Shown here one piece after another: positions 1 through 10,330 of a stretch of 64,000 nt of DNA. The stretch's first letter is position 1. Every line of letters starts with the position of its first letter. The stretch comes from Elusimicrobiota bacterium (GTDB taxonomy: Bacteria > Elusimicrobiota > Elusimicrobia > F11), in assembly GCA_044221725.1 (NCBI GenBank), contig JBGAON010000003.1:320001-384000 (forward strand), in the 5' to 3' direction. The notes under the pieces are model-generated. The model ran no database searches. It was not told the DNA's origin and saw only the letters and a program-made list of their open reading frames with translations. The translations under genes and the position numbers were made by a program.

Positions 1-809
1 TCCAAAAGCCGTCGACCCGCACGGCCGTGTCGTTCGCCGTCGGCGTTACGCAGTTGAGCGGAACCCCGTTGATTCTGTCGGCGGACGTTCTGCAGATCAA
101 GCGCGGCGAATCTCCGCGTGATACGGCACGAGTGCTGTCACGTTATCTCGACGCCATCGTGATCCGCGCGAATCACCATTCGGACGTGGTTGAGATGGCC
201 GGTTACTCAACAATTCCTATTATTAATGGGCTCACGGACCTTGAGCATCCGTGCCAAGTCCTCGCCGATTTGTTGACGATTATGGAAAAGCGAAAAATGA
301 AAAGCGCCAGCCAACTTCAGGGTTTCAAACTCACGTACCTGGGGGATGGCAACAACGTGGCTCAATCGTTGATGCTCGCTGCCGCTATGCTCGGAATGAA
401 GCTTGTCCTGGCTTGTCCGTCGGGTTACGAGCCGAAATTGGAGTTTCGCGATAAAGCGAAAAAAATTTCAGGCGTAACAAAGGCCGAAATCCATTTGGTG
501 AAAGACCCCATGGTTGCCGCGCGCAATGCCGACGCGTTGTACACGGACGTGTGGACGTCCATGGGACAAGAGGCCGAGTTGCAGCGGCGCCAGTCGATCT
601 TTGCGCCGTATCAGTTGAACGAAAAGGTTTTGAAAGAAGCAAAGCCCGACGCGCTCGCGATGCATTGTTTGCCGGCGCATCGCGGCGAAGAAATTACCGA
701 GACGGTGCTCGAAGGTCCCCAATCGGTTATCTTCGATCAAGCGGAGAACCGATTGCATGTACAAAAAGCTGTGCTCATGATGCTTTTGGCCGGCAAAAAG
801 AAAAAATGA
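1..809 (+). CDS. argF: Ornithine carbamoyltransferase (5' end outside window)
   Basis: Frame reads QKPSTRT from base 3; HPCQ, DVWTSMGQE and MHCLP motifs. Confidence 0.95.
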   Translation, partial: QKPSTRTAVSFAVGVTQLSGTPLILSADVLQIKRGESPRDTARVLSRYLDAIVIRANHHSDVVEMAGYSTIPIINGLTDLEHPCQVLADLLTIMEKRKMKSASQLQGFKLTYLGDGNNVAQSLMLAAAMLGMKLVLACPSGYEPKLEFRDKAKKISGVTKAEIHLVKDPMVAARNADALYTDVWTSMGQEAELQRRQSIFAPYQLNEKVLKEAKPDALAMHCLPAHRGEEITETVLEGPQSVIFDQAENRLHVQKAVLMMLLAGKKKK

Positions 810-1333
810 TCTTTGCGATCGGATCCAACAAACCCGAAATTCATCCGACGGCGTTCATTCACCCGATGGCGGAGATTTCGGGCAAAGTAAAAATCGGGCC
901 GCGGGTATCTGTGTGGGGTGGCTGCGTTCTGCGGGGCGACGTTGATTGGATCACGGTCGGCGAGGATTCGAATATCCAAGACGGATCTGTTTTTCACACC
1001 TCGCATCACGTTCCCGTGACGCTCGGAAAAGGGGTAACGGTCGGACACCGCGCTGTTGTGCATGGCGCGACCGTCAAAGATTATTCGTTAATTGGCATGG
1101 GGGCGATTCTGCTCGACGGTTCCGTGGTCGAAGAGAACTGTTTGATTGGTGCGGCCGCGGTGGTGAAAGAGAATGGTTTGATTCCCAAGGGCAGCCTGGC
1201 GTTTGGGACGCCGGCCAAAGTGATACGTCCGCTAAAACCCGAAGAGATTAAGATGGTTGTGGACCGCGCCGGCGAATACATTCAGCTCACCAATCAGTAC
1301 ACAACAGCGCTAAAAGTCGCAAAGCTTCTTTAG
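806..1333 (+). CDS. Gamma carbonic anhydrase family (hexapeptide repeat) protein
   Basis: LRGDV, NIQDGSVFH, VTVGHRAVVHG motifs; ATG at 806 overlaps the argF stop (ATGA). Confidence 0.9.
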   Translation: MIFAIGSNKPEIHPTAFIHPMAEISGKVKIGPRVSVWGGCVLRGDVDWITVGEDSNIQDGSVFHTSHHVPVTLGKGVTVGHRAVVHGATVKDYSLIGMGAILLDGSVVEENCLIGAAAVVKENGLIPKGSLAFGTPAKVIRPLKPEEIKMVVDRAGEYIQLTNQYTTALKVAKLL

Positions 1334-1353
1334 TTACGAACCGCATCTTATCG

Positions 1354-1992
1354 TTGTATCACCGTCTGCTTCGCACGTACGGCCATCAAGGGTGGTGGCC
1401 GACCACACCCATCGGCGGTTCCTGCCCCGTTTACACGCCGCGCAAAAGTTTGCGCACGTGCACCGAGATTGAGCGATTCGAAATTTGTTTGGGTGCGATG
1501 CTGACCCAAAATACGAATTGGACGAACGTTGAGAAGGTTCTCGTCCTATTAAAACAGAAGAAAGCGTTGTCGTTGAACGCCTTGCTTAATCTGCCGCGAA
1601 CGAAAGTGGAGACCTATTTCCGTTCGAGCGGATATTTCCGCCAGAAATCCGCCCGGGTCGTAAATTTTTTGCGAATCGTTCAGAAAGAGGCGGGCGGAAG
1701 CATCTCTCGATTTCTCAAAGGACCTTTGCCGGTTGTTCGAAAGCGGTTGCTCGAAATCAACGGAATTGGGCCCGAGACAGCCGATTCCATGCTTCTGTAC
1801 GCCGCAGGGAAACCCATCTTTGTCGTCGACGCGTACACGCGGCGTATCGGCAAGCGGCTCCGATTTCTTAAAGGCGGTGAGACTTACGACGAAGTCCAGC
1901 AGATCTTTATGCGCGGGTTGCCCCGTTCCGCCAAAGTTTTTGGTGAATTCCATGCGCTTCTAGTAAAGTTGGCGAAAGAAACGCGCGCATGA
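1354..1992 (+). CDS. HhH-GPD / endonuclease III-related DNA glycosylase
   Basis: LTQNTNWTNV, GIGPETADS, VVDAYTRR motifs; no C-terminal Fe-S cysteines. Confidence 0.85.
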   Translation: MYHRLLRTYGHQGWWPTTPIGGSCPVYTPRKSLRTCTEIERFEICLGAMLTQNTNWTNVEKVLVLLKQKKALSLNALLNLPRTKVETYFRSSGYFRQKSARVVNFLRIVQKEAGGSISRFLKGPLPVVRKRLLEINGIGPETADSMLLYAAGKPIFVVDAYTRRIGKRLRFLKGGETYDEVQQIFMRGLPRSAKVFGEFHALLVKLAKETRA

Positions 1993-2582
1993 AACAAAAA
2001 CAGAGCCCAATCATTCTTGCTTCCGCTTCGCCGCGACGCCGTGCGCTAATGCGCGAAGCGGGTTACCGCTTTGTCGTTCGCCCCAGCCATGTGTCCGAGC
2101 GCGCGCCGAGCGGGTTATCGCCGGCGCAACGGGTGAGTTTTTTGGCGCTTAAGAAGGCCACGTTCGTGGCAAAAAAGTTTCCAAACGACATCGTTATCGG
2201 TGCGGATACGCTCGTTTTCATTCATGGTCACGCGGTGGGAAAGCCGCGAAATGCCCGCCATGCGGAACGAATGCTTGCCGAATTATCGGGGCGTTGGCAG
2301 CGTGTTTACACCGGCGTTGCGGTTGTGGCGCAGGGCGGGAAAACAAAATTTAAAAAGTCCGCCGTATCCTATGTGAAATTCCGGAAACTTGCGGCCGAAG
2401 AAATTCGATCTGCCGCGCACAAGCATTTGGATAAAGCAGGCGCTTACGCGGTTCAAGAAAAAGGCGATAGCTTCGTTGCGAAGATAAAAGGCCGGTACGA
2501 CAACGTGGTGGGACTGCCGATGAACGTCGTGAAAGAGTTATTTCGCCGGTTGGCCGCCCAAACGCTTACGAAACGCGTCTGA
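1989..2582 (+). CDS. maf: Maf family nucleoside triphosphate pyrophosphatase
   Basis: ILASASPRR, GADT, GKP, DKAGAY, NVVGLP. Confidence 0.93.
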   Translation: MKQKQSPIILASASPRRRALMREAGYRFVVRPSHVSERAPSGLSPAQRVSFLALKKATFVAKKFPNDIVIGADTLVFIHGHAVGKPRNARHAERMLAELSGRWQRVYTGVAVVAQGGKTKFKKSAVSYVKFRKLAAEEIRSAAHKHLDKAGAYAVQEKGDSFVAKIKGRYDNVVGLPMNVVKELFRRLAAQTLTKRV

Positions 2583-3266
2583 GACGATATTTACTTTCAA
2601 TGTTGAGTTCAGCTGATTGAGCCAATCTCCGAATACGAAATTCGCTTCCTTTTCCCAGATCTGCTGACGAATCTTTTCCGGGTCCGCCTGCAACTCCTTG
2701 CGTTTCTTCGGATCCATTTCGGCTTTTACGGCCGCGTCCATGGAAGCCGTCAATTGCTCGTCTGAAATATTGACGGCCGTGGCGATCAAAGAATTCAATT
2801 GCCGGCCCGCCATGTCTTTCTTGTGTTCTTTTTCAAAATCGCGTGGGGCCATTGAGAATGTTTGCGCCACCACGCGGACGTAAGTGGCCGGATCAAAATG
2901 ACCGTCTTTCTGAAACGCCGGAATCGACATCAATTGCATCTGCAACTCTTGATCCGTAATTTCAATTCCGTACTTCTGCGCTTCTTGAGCGAACACTTCT
3001 TGGCGGATGACTTCGTTTAGTGCTTGGCTTTGAAGTTGATTGCGCTGATCGGTCGGGAGATTTGCTGCCTCGCGTTGCCGCACAAGCTGATTGTAGGTGC
3101 GGTCGTATTGCGCTTGCGGCACTTTTACACCGTTCACTTTGAAAATCGTGTCATGCGATGTGGAAACGAATGAGGAGCCGCCCACGCCAAACAAAATAAG
3201 CCCGCCGATACAGGCGGCCATGAACACCATGACGACGGAGCGATGCTTGCGGAAAAAGCGAAACAT
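2538..3266 (-). CDS. SurA N-terminal-domain (PpiD-like) membrane-anchored chaperone
   Basis: N-terminal TM segment, KVNG, IPAFQKDGHFD pattern typical of the PpiD/SurA N-domain. Confidence 0.75.
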   Translation of the reverse strand: MFRFFRKHRSVVMVFMAACIGGLILFGVGGSSFVSTSHDTIFKVNGVKVPQAQYDRTYNQLVRQREAANLPTDQRNQLQSQALNEVIRQEVFAQEAQKYGIEITDQELQMQLMSIPAFQKDGHFDPATYVRVVAQTFSMAPRDFEKEHKKDMAGRQLNSLIATAVNISDEQLTASMDAAVKAEMDPKKRKELQADPEKIRQQIWEKEANFVFGDWLNQLNSTLKVNIVSDAFRKRLGGQPAK

Positions 3267-3288
3267 GAGGTCGGGATTATAGGAAATT

Positions 3289-3317
3289 CGTCATCCCGGA
3301 ATGTTTCTGTCCAGGAT
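3289..3317. repeat. Partial copy of REP-like family A (CGTCATCCyGGAATGT..TCCAGGAT)
   Basis: Matches the left arm of the elements at 37123 and 43729. Confidence 0.65.
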
Positions 3318-3319
3318 AA

Positions 3320-3757
3320 TTAATGTTTCGCGTTCGCGACTTTTAGGTTGCGGTGGCTGTTGTTTTCGAGTTCCGCGGTAATGTTGGACGGATTCACGTC
3401 GATAACTTGGCCGTCACCTTTTAACATCTGGCAGTTGCCTTCGAAGTTGGCACCATCGGAAACAACAAGCTTTGCGGTACGGATATCGCCGAGCACTTGG
3501 CCTTTCGGCAACAGCTCAAGCGATTCGTTGGCGGAAATGTTTCCTTTTACTTTGCCGGCGATCGTGACAGCGGACGCTGTAATATCACCAAGAACCAACC
3601 CAAATTCTCCGATCACAATCCCTTGGGCATGAATGCTTCCTTTGATTTTTCCGTCCACGCGAATCGATTCGTTCGTGTGCAGGTCGCCTTCAAGCTCGGT
3701 CCCAGCTCCGATAATTGTCTCGATTTTGTGTGCGGTTTTATCTGATTTAAGAAACAT
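3320..3757 (-). CDS. Bactofilin (polymer-forming cytoskeletal protein)
   Basis: TIIGAGTELEGDL..IRVDGKIKG beta-helix repeats, GANFEGNC; adjacent to an M23 peptidase. Confidence 0.9.
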   Translation of the reverse strand: MFLKSDKTAHKIETIIGAGTELEGDLHTNESIRVDGKIKGSIHAQGIVIGEFGLVLGDITASAVTIAGKVKGNISANESLELLPKGQVLGDIRTAKLVVSDGANFEGNCQMLKGDGQVIDVNPSNITAELENNSHRNLKVANAKH

Positions 3758-3796
3758 GGGAACCTCCCGAGCGATGCCGCCGATAGTTAGTAGGTA

Positions 3797-4807
3797 TTAG
3801 TGTAGCGAGGCGAAGCGTGTTTTGCCAGAAAATTTTGGGTCTTCGCGGATAAACGCAAGCGGGTTCTTTCTTGCCGTGTAGCGCCATACCTCGTAATGGC
3901 AATGCACACCGGACGATTTTCCCGTGGTGCCCATGAGAGCGATGACTTGGCCCCGTTTCACGCGATCGCCGACTTTAACGAGAATGCGGCTATTGTGCGC
4001 GTAACGGGTGCTATAGCCAAATTCATGTTGCAGCAAAACAAGATTCCCATAACCGCTGTTCCACGATGCTAGGCGCACAACGCCATCGGCCGTGGCCCGA
4101 ACCGCCGTGCCCAAATTGCCGCTGATGTCGATGCCCGGGTGAAATTCTGCTTGACCGTCGAATGGCGACGTGCGTGTTCCGTAGTGCGATGTGAGCGGAC
4201 CGTTGCAGGGCCAGCCGCGTGGAGTGGCGCGAAAAAGACGGCGTTGCGCCTCAATCCAGCTTGTAAGTTCATTAAAACTTGTGAGTCGGTCTTTGGCTTC
4301 GGATTTCATGCCTGTGATCTCACGAACGAGGTGCGGCCACGACATATCGGGTTCACCGGATTGAAGAACGCGCGTAAGGTCGTTCGCATCGGCAATCGTG
4401 GGCCCACCGGTTGCTGCCGATGCTTGTTTCGATGGTTTCAGTGGCTGATCATTTTTTATCAATGAAGACGCGTTTTGGTACTGCAATAATTGTCTCAGTT
4501 GCTCATCGACAGTTTTTACTTCATCCATATACTCACGCGATTGGTCCAACTGCGCCATCAAATATCGGATTTTTAACTTCATCACTTGGTTCGATGCTTG
4601 GGTGCGCCAGTAGTCAACATGTTGCGCGGACAAATACGAACCCCAGAAAGTGATGCCGGCCCACGCAAACGTGACAAAAAGAATTAATGAAAGTGGGATA
4701 TTTATTTGGCGAGGACGGCTTCCGCCATGCGGAACGAGCATGAACGTAAAACGATAAACAAGCAGATTTTTAAGCCAACTGTTTTTCAAAGGAGACCTGC
4801 CCTCCAT
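3797..4807 (-). CDS. M23 family peptidoglycan endopeptidase
   Basis: TM + coiled coil + HPGID, YAHNS, HCHYEV. Confidence 0.92.
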   Translation of the reverse strand: MEGRSPLKNSWLKNLLVYRFTFMLVPHGGSRPRQINIPLSLILFVTFAWAGITFWGSYLSAQHVDYWRTQASNQVMKLKIRYLMAQLDQSREYMDEVKTVDEQLRQLLQYQNASSLIKNDQPLKPSKQASAATGGPTIADANDLTRVLQSGEPDMSWPHLVREITGMKSEAKDRLTSFNELTSWIEAQRRLFRATPRGWPCNGPLTSHYGTRTSPFDGQAEFHPGIDISGNLGTAVRATADGVVRLASWNSGYGNLVLLQHEFGYSTRYAHNSRILVKVGDRVKRGQVIALMGTTGKSSGVHCHYEVWRYTARKNPLAFIREDPKFSGKTRFASLH

Positions 4808-4860
4808 TTTTTAAAACGAAGTCGGCGAAGGAATACCAAGACGGATATCCAATGTCAATG

Positions 4861-5640
4861 TTATTGACTGAGCAGATCATTCATTTGTCCTTGGTCTTCG
4901 ATGGGTTTCGCTTTCTTCGCGTCGCTTCTGTAAAAGACCATGTTCGTTCCGCCGACCTCGATGAGCGCTCCGTTTTCAAGCAGCACTTGTTCGTTCACGG
5001 CGACACCATTCACTTTCGGGTAGCCCTGTTTCACGGCTTTTAAGAAATATCCTTCGGGACGCTTGCTTATCGCGGCGGCCAAACTGGGAGCTAAGAAACC
5101 TTTTATTTTGATCATTGCCTGATCCGTCGTGCCGATGTAAGTCACAAGATCTTTCAAATTAACTTCGGTTTGCCCGTTTACGCCACCGGCAATGATGCGT
5201 ACGACCCCCGTGGCGGAAGACGCCGGAGCGCCGGAATTTTTGCGGGAAATTTCTTTTTGTATTTCGGAGGACAGTGAATCGGGCGTTTTGGCGGGCGCCG
5301 TGGCTGGCTTGGGTCCGTTGGAAACTGGCGAATCGGTCGATGGTGCGCTTTTATCGTCAGCATGAAAATCCAGAATATGGCCGGCAACGCCGATTTGGTC
5401 TTTGTCTTTAATCTGACCCTCTTTGACGCGGCGGCCATTAATGAAGGTGCCGTTCGTGCTGTTTAAATCCTCTACGACAAAATGATCGCCCACTTTCTTA
5501 ATTTTTCCATGAAAACCGGAGACCGTGGGATGATCAATCGAAATATCGTTTGTGAGTTTGCGGCCAAATGTTATTTCGTCCTTATCCAATAGATATTCTT
5601 TGATGATTGCCGAATTAAACTTCAGAAATACCTTGGCCAT
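4861..5640 (-). CDS. FHA domain protein (N-terminal FHA plus second degenerate FHA-like domain)
   Basis: FGR..S..H..DLNSTNGTFING; ATG overlaps the PP2C stop. Confidence 0.88.
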   Translation of the reverse strand: MAKVFLKFNSAIIKEYLLDKDEITFGRKLTNDISIDHPTVSGFHGKIKKVGDHFVVEDLNSTNGTFINGRRVKEGQIKDKDQIGVAGHILDFHADDKSAPSTDSPVSNGPKPATAPAKTPDSLSSEIQKEISRKNSGAPASSATGVVRIIAGGVNGQTEVNLKDLVTYIGTTDQAMIKIKGFLAPSLAAAISKRPEGYFLKAVKQGYPKVNGVAVNEQVLLENGALIEVGGTNMVFYRSDAKKAKPIEDQGQMNDLLSQ

Positions 5641-6479
5641 TATTTTGATTCCTTCGCCTTGGAGAGTGCACCTTTGACGCGGTCCGTTAATGAGCTCCAA
5701 TGGGATTTTGGTTCCAGTTTTGCAACGATGACGGTGATATTGTCGCCTCCGCCCGCGTCGTTCGCGCGCGCGATAAGTGTGTCCGAAATTTTTTCCGGGT
5801 CGGTTTCCGCTTTAAACACAGCTTCGATTTGGGTGTCGTCGAGCATCTTTGTAAGTCCGTCGGAGCACAACATCACATAATCTTCTTCTTGGACCGCGAC
5901 CTCTTTTATATCCACCTCGACGTCGTCTTTGTTGCCAATCGAGCGCGTCAGCATGTTTCGTAGATCGGACTTTTCTGCTTCTTCCGGCTTAATAAGGCCT
6001 TTGTCGATTTGTTCTTGCACAAAACTGTGATCGCTGGTGATTTGCTGGAGTTTGTTTCCACGAACGAGGTAGAGACGGCTGTCACCAACATGGGCGACCG
6101 CGAATTTGTCATCAAGCCACAACGCAGCGACCAGCGTCGTTCCCATGTTGTGGTTTTCGGGATTTTTCTGCGCCGCTTCGAAAACCGCTTGGTTTGAAAA
6201 TTTAAAACAGTCGCCAAGGATTCGGCTTCGCGGATCAAGACTGGGGTTGGGCGGAACGTGGAAGAACACCGGTACGTGACCGGTTTTCAGCGCGCGCTTT
6301 AATTGCTCGGTGCACAGTTTGGCGGCCAAATTGCTGGCCACTTCACCCGATGCGTGGCCGCCCATTCCGTCCGCAACAATCATAAAGCCAAGGTTTTCTT
6401 CGACGAGAAACGCATCTTCATTTTTTGAGCGTCGCCGCCCTTTGTCTGTCTTACCTGCGATGTTCAATCGTATCCTCAT
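5640..6479 (-). CDS. PP2C/Stp1 family Ser/Thr phosphatase
   Basis: NEDA, VADGMGGH, HVGDSR, LCSDGL, GGGDNIT. Confidence 0.95.
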   Translation of the reverse strand: MRIRLNIAGKTDKGRRRSKNEDAFLVEENLGFMIVADGMGGHASGEVASNLAAKLCTEQLKRALKTGHVPVFFHVPPNPSLDPRSRILGDCFKFSNQAVFEAAQKNPENHNMGTTLVAALWLDDKFAVAHVGDSRLYLVRGNKLQQITSDHSFVQEQIDKGLIKPEEAEKSDLRNMLTRSIGNKDDVEVDIKEVAVQEEDYVMLCSDGLTKMLDDTQIEAVFKAETDPEKISDTLIARANDAGGGDNITVIVAKLEPKSHWSSLTDRVKGALSKAKESK

Positions 6480-6490
6480 TGGTCTTAAAT

Positions 6491-9400
6491 TTATACCGCT
6501 TTGCGCTTCTTCTCATCTGTTTCATTCGCGTTTCCAGGACGCGGTGGTTGAAAATTTCCTTCGATTTGATCGGACAGCGGAAGGTTCGGGCGCTCGGACG
6601 GATCCATCACGACGGTTTTCTCAATGAAATCGGATGGCGGGATTACCACCGTATCGCGACCCACCGGATTCTGCGGAATCATGTCCATGACCGGTTCTAA
6701 AATCGAATCGCTTTTTGGTTGTTCCGGCATATCAATATTGAATGTGTCCTGTAACTCCGACATAAAATCGACCTTCGACATCTCGGAGGCAACATCATCA
6801 ATCGTGGGCAAATGTGCCACGGTTGCCACGGAAGGATTGTGTGGCGTTTCCACCTGTATCGGCTCCGGCGCCAACGGTTTCTGGATTTGCGGTTCAGGCG
6901 TCTCTTGTGGTTTCGTCTCTGCTGCTTGTGTTTTGCGAGTCGGTCCTGCTAGGGATTCCGGGTTTTCAAGGAAGCGTCTCAAATCGAGCGCCATTTCACC
7001 GGCTGACTGATACCGATCCGCCGGCAATTTTGCGAGAGCCTTATTAATAATCGTCACAAGCCCTGCCGGAATATTCGGATTGAATTCGCGCGGATCCGAA
7101 TGTTCGACGTTCGCGATGCGGTACAAAAGAGCTGGAATGCTGTCGGCCGCAAAAGGTTTTTCACCGGTCAATAATTCGAAAAGCGTGACGCCCAACGAAA
7201 AGATGTCGGCACGGCCGTCGACGGATTTGTTTTGATTCACCTGCTCGGGACTCATGTACGCTGGAGTTCCAAGAACAGCTCCGGTGGCGGTTTTTGACGT
7301 GGCTTGGATGCGCGCGATGCCGAAATCCGTGATCCGAAGCGTTCCATCTTTGAGCATCATTATATTGGCGGGTTTGATGTCCCGATGAACAACGCCTTGT
7401 TTGTGCGCGTAGTCGAGGCCTTCTGCCACTTGTGCTGCAATCTCCACAGCCCGGTTGATTGGTAACAGTTTGCTCTTCTCACAATTCTCTTTAAGGTCAT
7501 GACCGTCCAACAGCTCCATTGCGATGTAGGCCACGTCTTGGTCTTCACCGGCATCGAAAATTCGAATAATGTTCGGATGGGTGAGATTGCCGGCGGATTC
7601 GGCTTCTCGGAAAAAACGCTCTTTGATGCTCTTCGTTTGTGTCTCATCCATATCTTCTTCAAAGCGCAGCGTTTTGATCGCCACTTGCCGATTGATCTTC
7701 GGATCTTTTCCAAGATACACGATTCCCATGGCCCCGCGTCCAAGTTCCTTCATGACCTCATAGCGGCCGAGCGTTGTGTTTTGGCCCAAGCCCTGCACCA
7801 CCACGGTCGCATCGGAACCTTTCTTGCCAATGCCGCCGAACACGGCACCTTCGCCGGCTTTTTTCAGCAACTCAATTTTTTCTTGCACGTCTTTGTATTT
7901 CGGGTCAACGGTCGCAATGTGATCATAAACGGCGGCCGCTTTTGAGAATTGCCGTTTGCGCTCCATGTCGAGGCCGAGGTTGTACAAAAGCTCCTTCATC
8001 GAATCATCGATCGGACAACGGCGAAATTTTTCAAACGCCAAATCGAGCATGCCTTGACCTTGGAAGGAAAGGCCCAGCATTTTGTTCGTTTCGACGCCTT
8101 CGGCTTCAACCAATTCTTTTCCTTTCTCCGTGAACACGAGACGTTTCCCGACAATAACGACGAATCCGGCCACGAGCAGAAACGCGCCGTAAGTGGGGGA
8201 AACCCACAAGCCCTGCTTGACGAACAAGAAAGCGCTGGCTCCGACACACAGACCAAAGCACGCACCGGCAATCGGAATACCGACCCGCGCTTTGAGCATC
8301 GGCAAAACGAGTAACACAACAAGCGCGGCGAGCGCGATCATGCCCCACTCGGCTTTCGCAGCCCAGCGCGGTCGTGAAATAAAATGTTGTGCCAAAATAT
8401 TTTCGATGTGCGTTGACCAAATCTCGAGACCCGTGAAGCTTTCGCCGCTCGGCGTCACAAACGCCGGCGCGAGCCCTGGCGCGGTGACGCCAATCAAAAC
8501 GATTTTGTCGGTCAACGCGCGGTCCGGAATGCCGCCCGACAACACATCGACTGCGGAGAAGCGTTTGAATGTGCCCGCGGGCCCGGCGTACTCAAGATAG
8601 GTCTTCGCGTTCTCATCCATCGGAATCTTTGCCTTGAACAGTGTAAGTCCTTCATCGGCTTTCCACGTGAGCGCGTTGCGTTGCAGTTTTAGAAACTCAC
8701 GAACAATCTCGAGTGCGAAGGAGGGATAAACACTGTCGCCGTAGCGAAAGAGCGGCGCGATGCTGCGAAGGGTTCCGTCCGCGTCGGGCTGCAGATTGCT
8801 TTGCCCAACGGACAACGCCGCCTTCCCAAATTTTTCAAGAGGAAGTACGGCTGCGTTTCCGGCCGGAATGTTCGAATTCGCAGCGCCCACAACATTTAGT
8901 TTTTCGCGGGCAAAAAAATCTGGAAGTTTCTCGAGGTTGTTGCCAAGCGTGTCGCCCGGCTGAAAGTACATGGGCAACACAATGTTGACCGCCTGCTCGA
9001 TTGATTGCGCAAGGATGGAATCCCCGTCGAGTGACGATTGCGCATTTCCGAGATCCTCGGCCAGGAATTCTTCGAATGGGTGGATGTCGATTTTCTTTTT
9101 CTTCATGGCCGCCCGCTGTTTGTCGAGCAGCTCCGAAAACTTGTCGTGCAACTGAGTCAGTTCTTCCAGGCCTTGTGTCTGATCCGGTTCGGTGTAGAAA
9201 ATGTTCAGCCCAATCACTTTTGCGCCGGCACCGATCGTTTCATCCACAAGTTGCGCGACGAGCGACCGTGGCCATGGCCAGCGCCCAAATTGGGCCACCG
9301 AATTTTCATCAATTTCGACAATGCGAATGTCATCGGTCTTCGAGGTGGGGTGTCGGAATCGGCTTAACAGGTCGTAGGTTTTTAGGCTTGCGGTTTCAAT

Positions 9401-9493
9401 TTGCGTTGATTTCTTGAGGTATCCGTAACAAACGAACCCCGTCAATACGAGACCCAACCCAACTTCCACGAGAAATGGCGCTTTTTTGCTCAT
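6491..9493 (-). CDS. CHASE2-domain membrane Ser/Thr protein kinase
   Basis: GRWPWPR CHASE2 motif, TM helices, GRGAMG, VAIK, HRDIKPAN, DFG, YMSPEQ; Pro/acidic C-terminal tail. Confidence 0.93.
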   Translation of the reverse strand: MSKKAPFLVEVGLGLVLTGFVCYGYLKKSTQIETASLKTYDLLSRFRHPTSKTDDIRIVEIDENSVAQFGRWPWPRSLVAQLVDETIGAGAKVIGLNIFYTEPDQTQGLEELTQLHDKFSELLDKQRAAMKKKKIDIHPFEEFLAEDLGNAQSSLDGDSILAQSIEQAVNIVLPMYFQPGDTLGNNLEKLPDFFAREKLNVVGAANSNIPAGNAAVLPLEKFGKAALSVGQSNLQPDADGTLRSIAPLFRYGDSVYPSFALEIVREFLKLQRNALTWKADEGLTLFKAKIPMDENAKTYLEYAGPAGTFKRFSAVDVLSGGIPDRALTDKIVLIGVTAPGLAPAFVTPSGESFTGLEIWSTHIENILAQHFISRPRWAAKAEWGMIALAALVVLLVLPMLKARVGIPIAGACFGLCVGASAFLFVKQGLWVSPTYGAFLLVAGFVVIVGKRLVFTEKGKELVEAEGVETNKMLGLSFQGQGMLDLAFEKFRRCPIDDSMKELLYNLGLDMERKRQFSKAAAVYDHIATVDPKYKDVQEKIELLKKAGEGAVFGGIGKKGSDATVVVQGLGQNTTLGRYEVMKELGRGAMGIVYLGKDPKINRQVAIKTLRFEEDMDETQTKSIKERFFREAESAGNLTHPNIIRIFDAGEDQDVAYIAMELLDGHDLKENCEKSKLLPINRAVEIAAQVAEGLDYAHKQGVVHRDIKPANIMMLKDGTLRITDFGIARIQATSKTATGAVLGTPAYMSPEQVNQNKSVDGRADIFSLGVTLFELLTGEKPFAADSIPALLYRIANVEHSDPREFNPNIPAGLVTIINKALAKLPADRYQSAGEMALDLRRFLENPESLAGPTRKTQAAETKPQETPEPQIQKPLAPEPIQVETPHNPSVATVAHLPTIDDVASEMSKVDFMSELQDTFNIDMPEQPKSDSILEPVMDMIPQNPVGRDTVVIPPSDFIEKTVVMDPSERPNLPLSDQIEGNFQPPRPGNANETDEKKRKAV

Positions 9494-9544
9494 GCTCGAT
9501 AAAAGTAACGGGCAAATCGAGGGTTTTCAAGACCCTCTTATTAT

Positions 9545-10288
9545 TTAGTTCGTGAGTTTTTTCAAGTATTCCTTCGTGAAATACTTGTCAGGGAGGGGGG
9601 CGACGATCATTTTGTCGTAAATTAGCACCGAATATTGGTCTTTGTTGACGGCGTCGCGCATCGTGAGTTTGGTGGGACGTAGCCCGCCGCCAAATTCCTT
9701 GTACGCTTCGTAGGTGCAAATTTTTAATAGCCGTCCAGAGAACGCGTAAAATTCGGCTTGGTAGGGACGGTAGTTCTTAACATCGACCCACAGGACCGCG
9801 CGGCCGTAGGTCACGTTTTCATTTTTAGCGGTCAGCATCAGCGTGTAATACTTCCGACCTTTCATTTCTTTTATCTTGATCAGTTCCGCGTCATAATCGG
9901 CCGAAAAGTTTGTGCGCGCGAGGTCGCCGTTCGCCACGTCGCCCGTGAGTCTTTCTTGCGCGGAAATCCGAATTGGCTTTGATACGTTCGGCATGAAGGC
10001 CCAAAAATTTTCGGTGTTCATAAGCAGCACCCGCCCTTTGTCGATGGCGGGTTCCAGCGTTTTCACGATGGCGTTTTCGCGGCCCTTCACCATTACGGAG
10101 TAAAGAGAATTGGCGGGCGCTCGATTCGGTTTAATGCTTGTCACCTTCACCTGCACCGTGTAATCGAGTTGGGGATTTCGTACTTCGTCGCACTTCGCGA
10201 CAATAGAGTTCGCGTCCGGTTCCGCTGCAAAGCTCGGAACAAAAACGAATCCAAAAATGATTGCTGGGATTAAGCGACCGCGGATCAT
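9545..10288 (-). CDS. Outer-membrane lipoprotein-sorting (LolA-like) protein
   Basis: Signal peptide; FWAFMP..KPIRIS..RLTGDVANGDL and EFYAFSGRLLK patterns. Confidence 0.8.
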   Translation of the reverse strand: MIRGRLIPAIIFGFVFVPSFAAEPDANSIVAKCDEVRNPQLDYTVQVKVTSIKPNRAPANSLYSVMVKGRENAIVKTLEPAIDKGRVLLMNTENFWAFMPNVSKPIRISAQERLTGDVANGDLARTNFSADYDAELIKIKEMKGRKYYTLMLTAKNENVTYGRAVLWVDVKNYRPYQAEFYAFSGRLLKICTYEAYKEFGGGLRPTKLTMRDAVNKDQYSVLIYDKMIVAPLPDKYFTKEYLKKLTN

Positions 10289-10330
10289 TAACGAATTGTA
10301 ACGGCAAGTCGTTTTCTTATCAACGATTTT

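Noticed and set aside
551..805. N-terminal extension of the gamma-CA ORF
   Set aside because: Overlaps argF; the real start is the coupled ATG at 806
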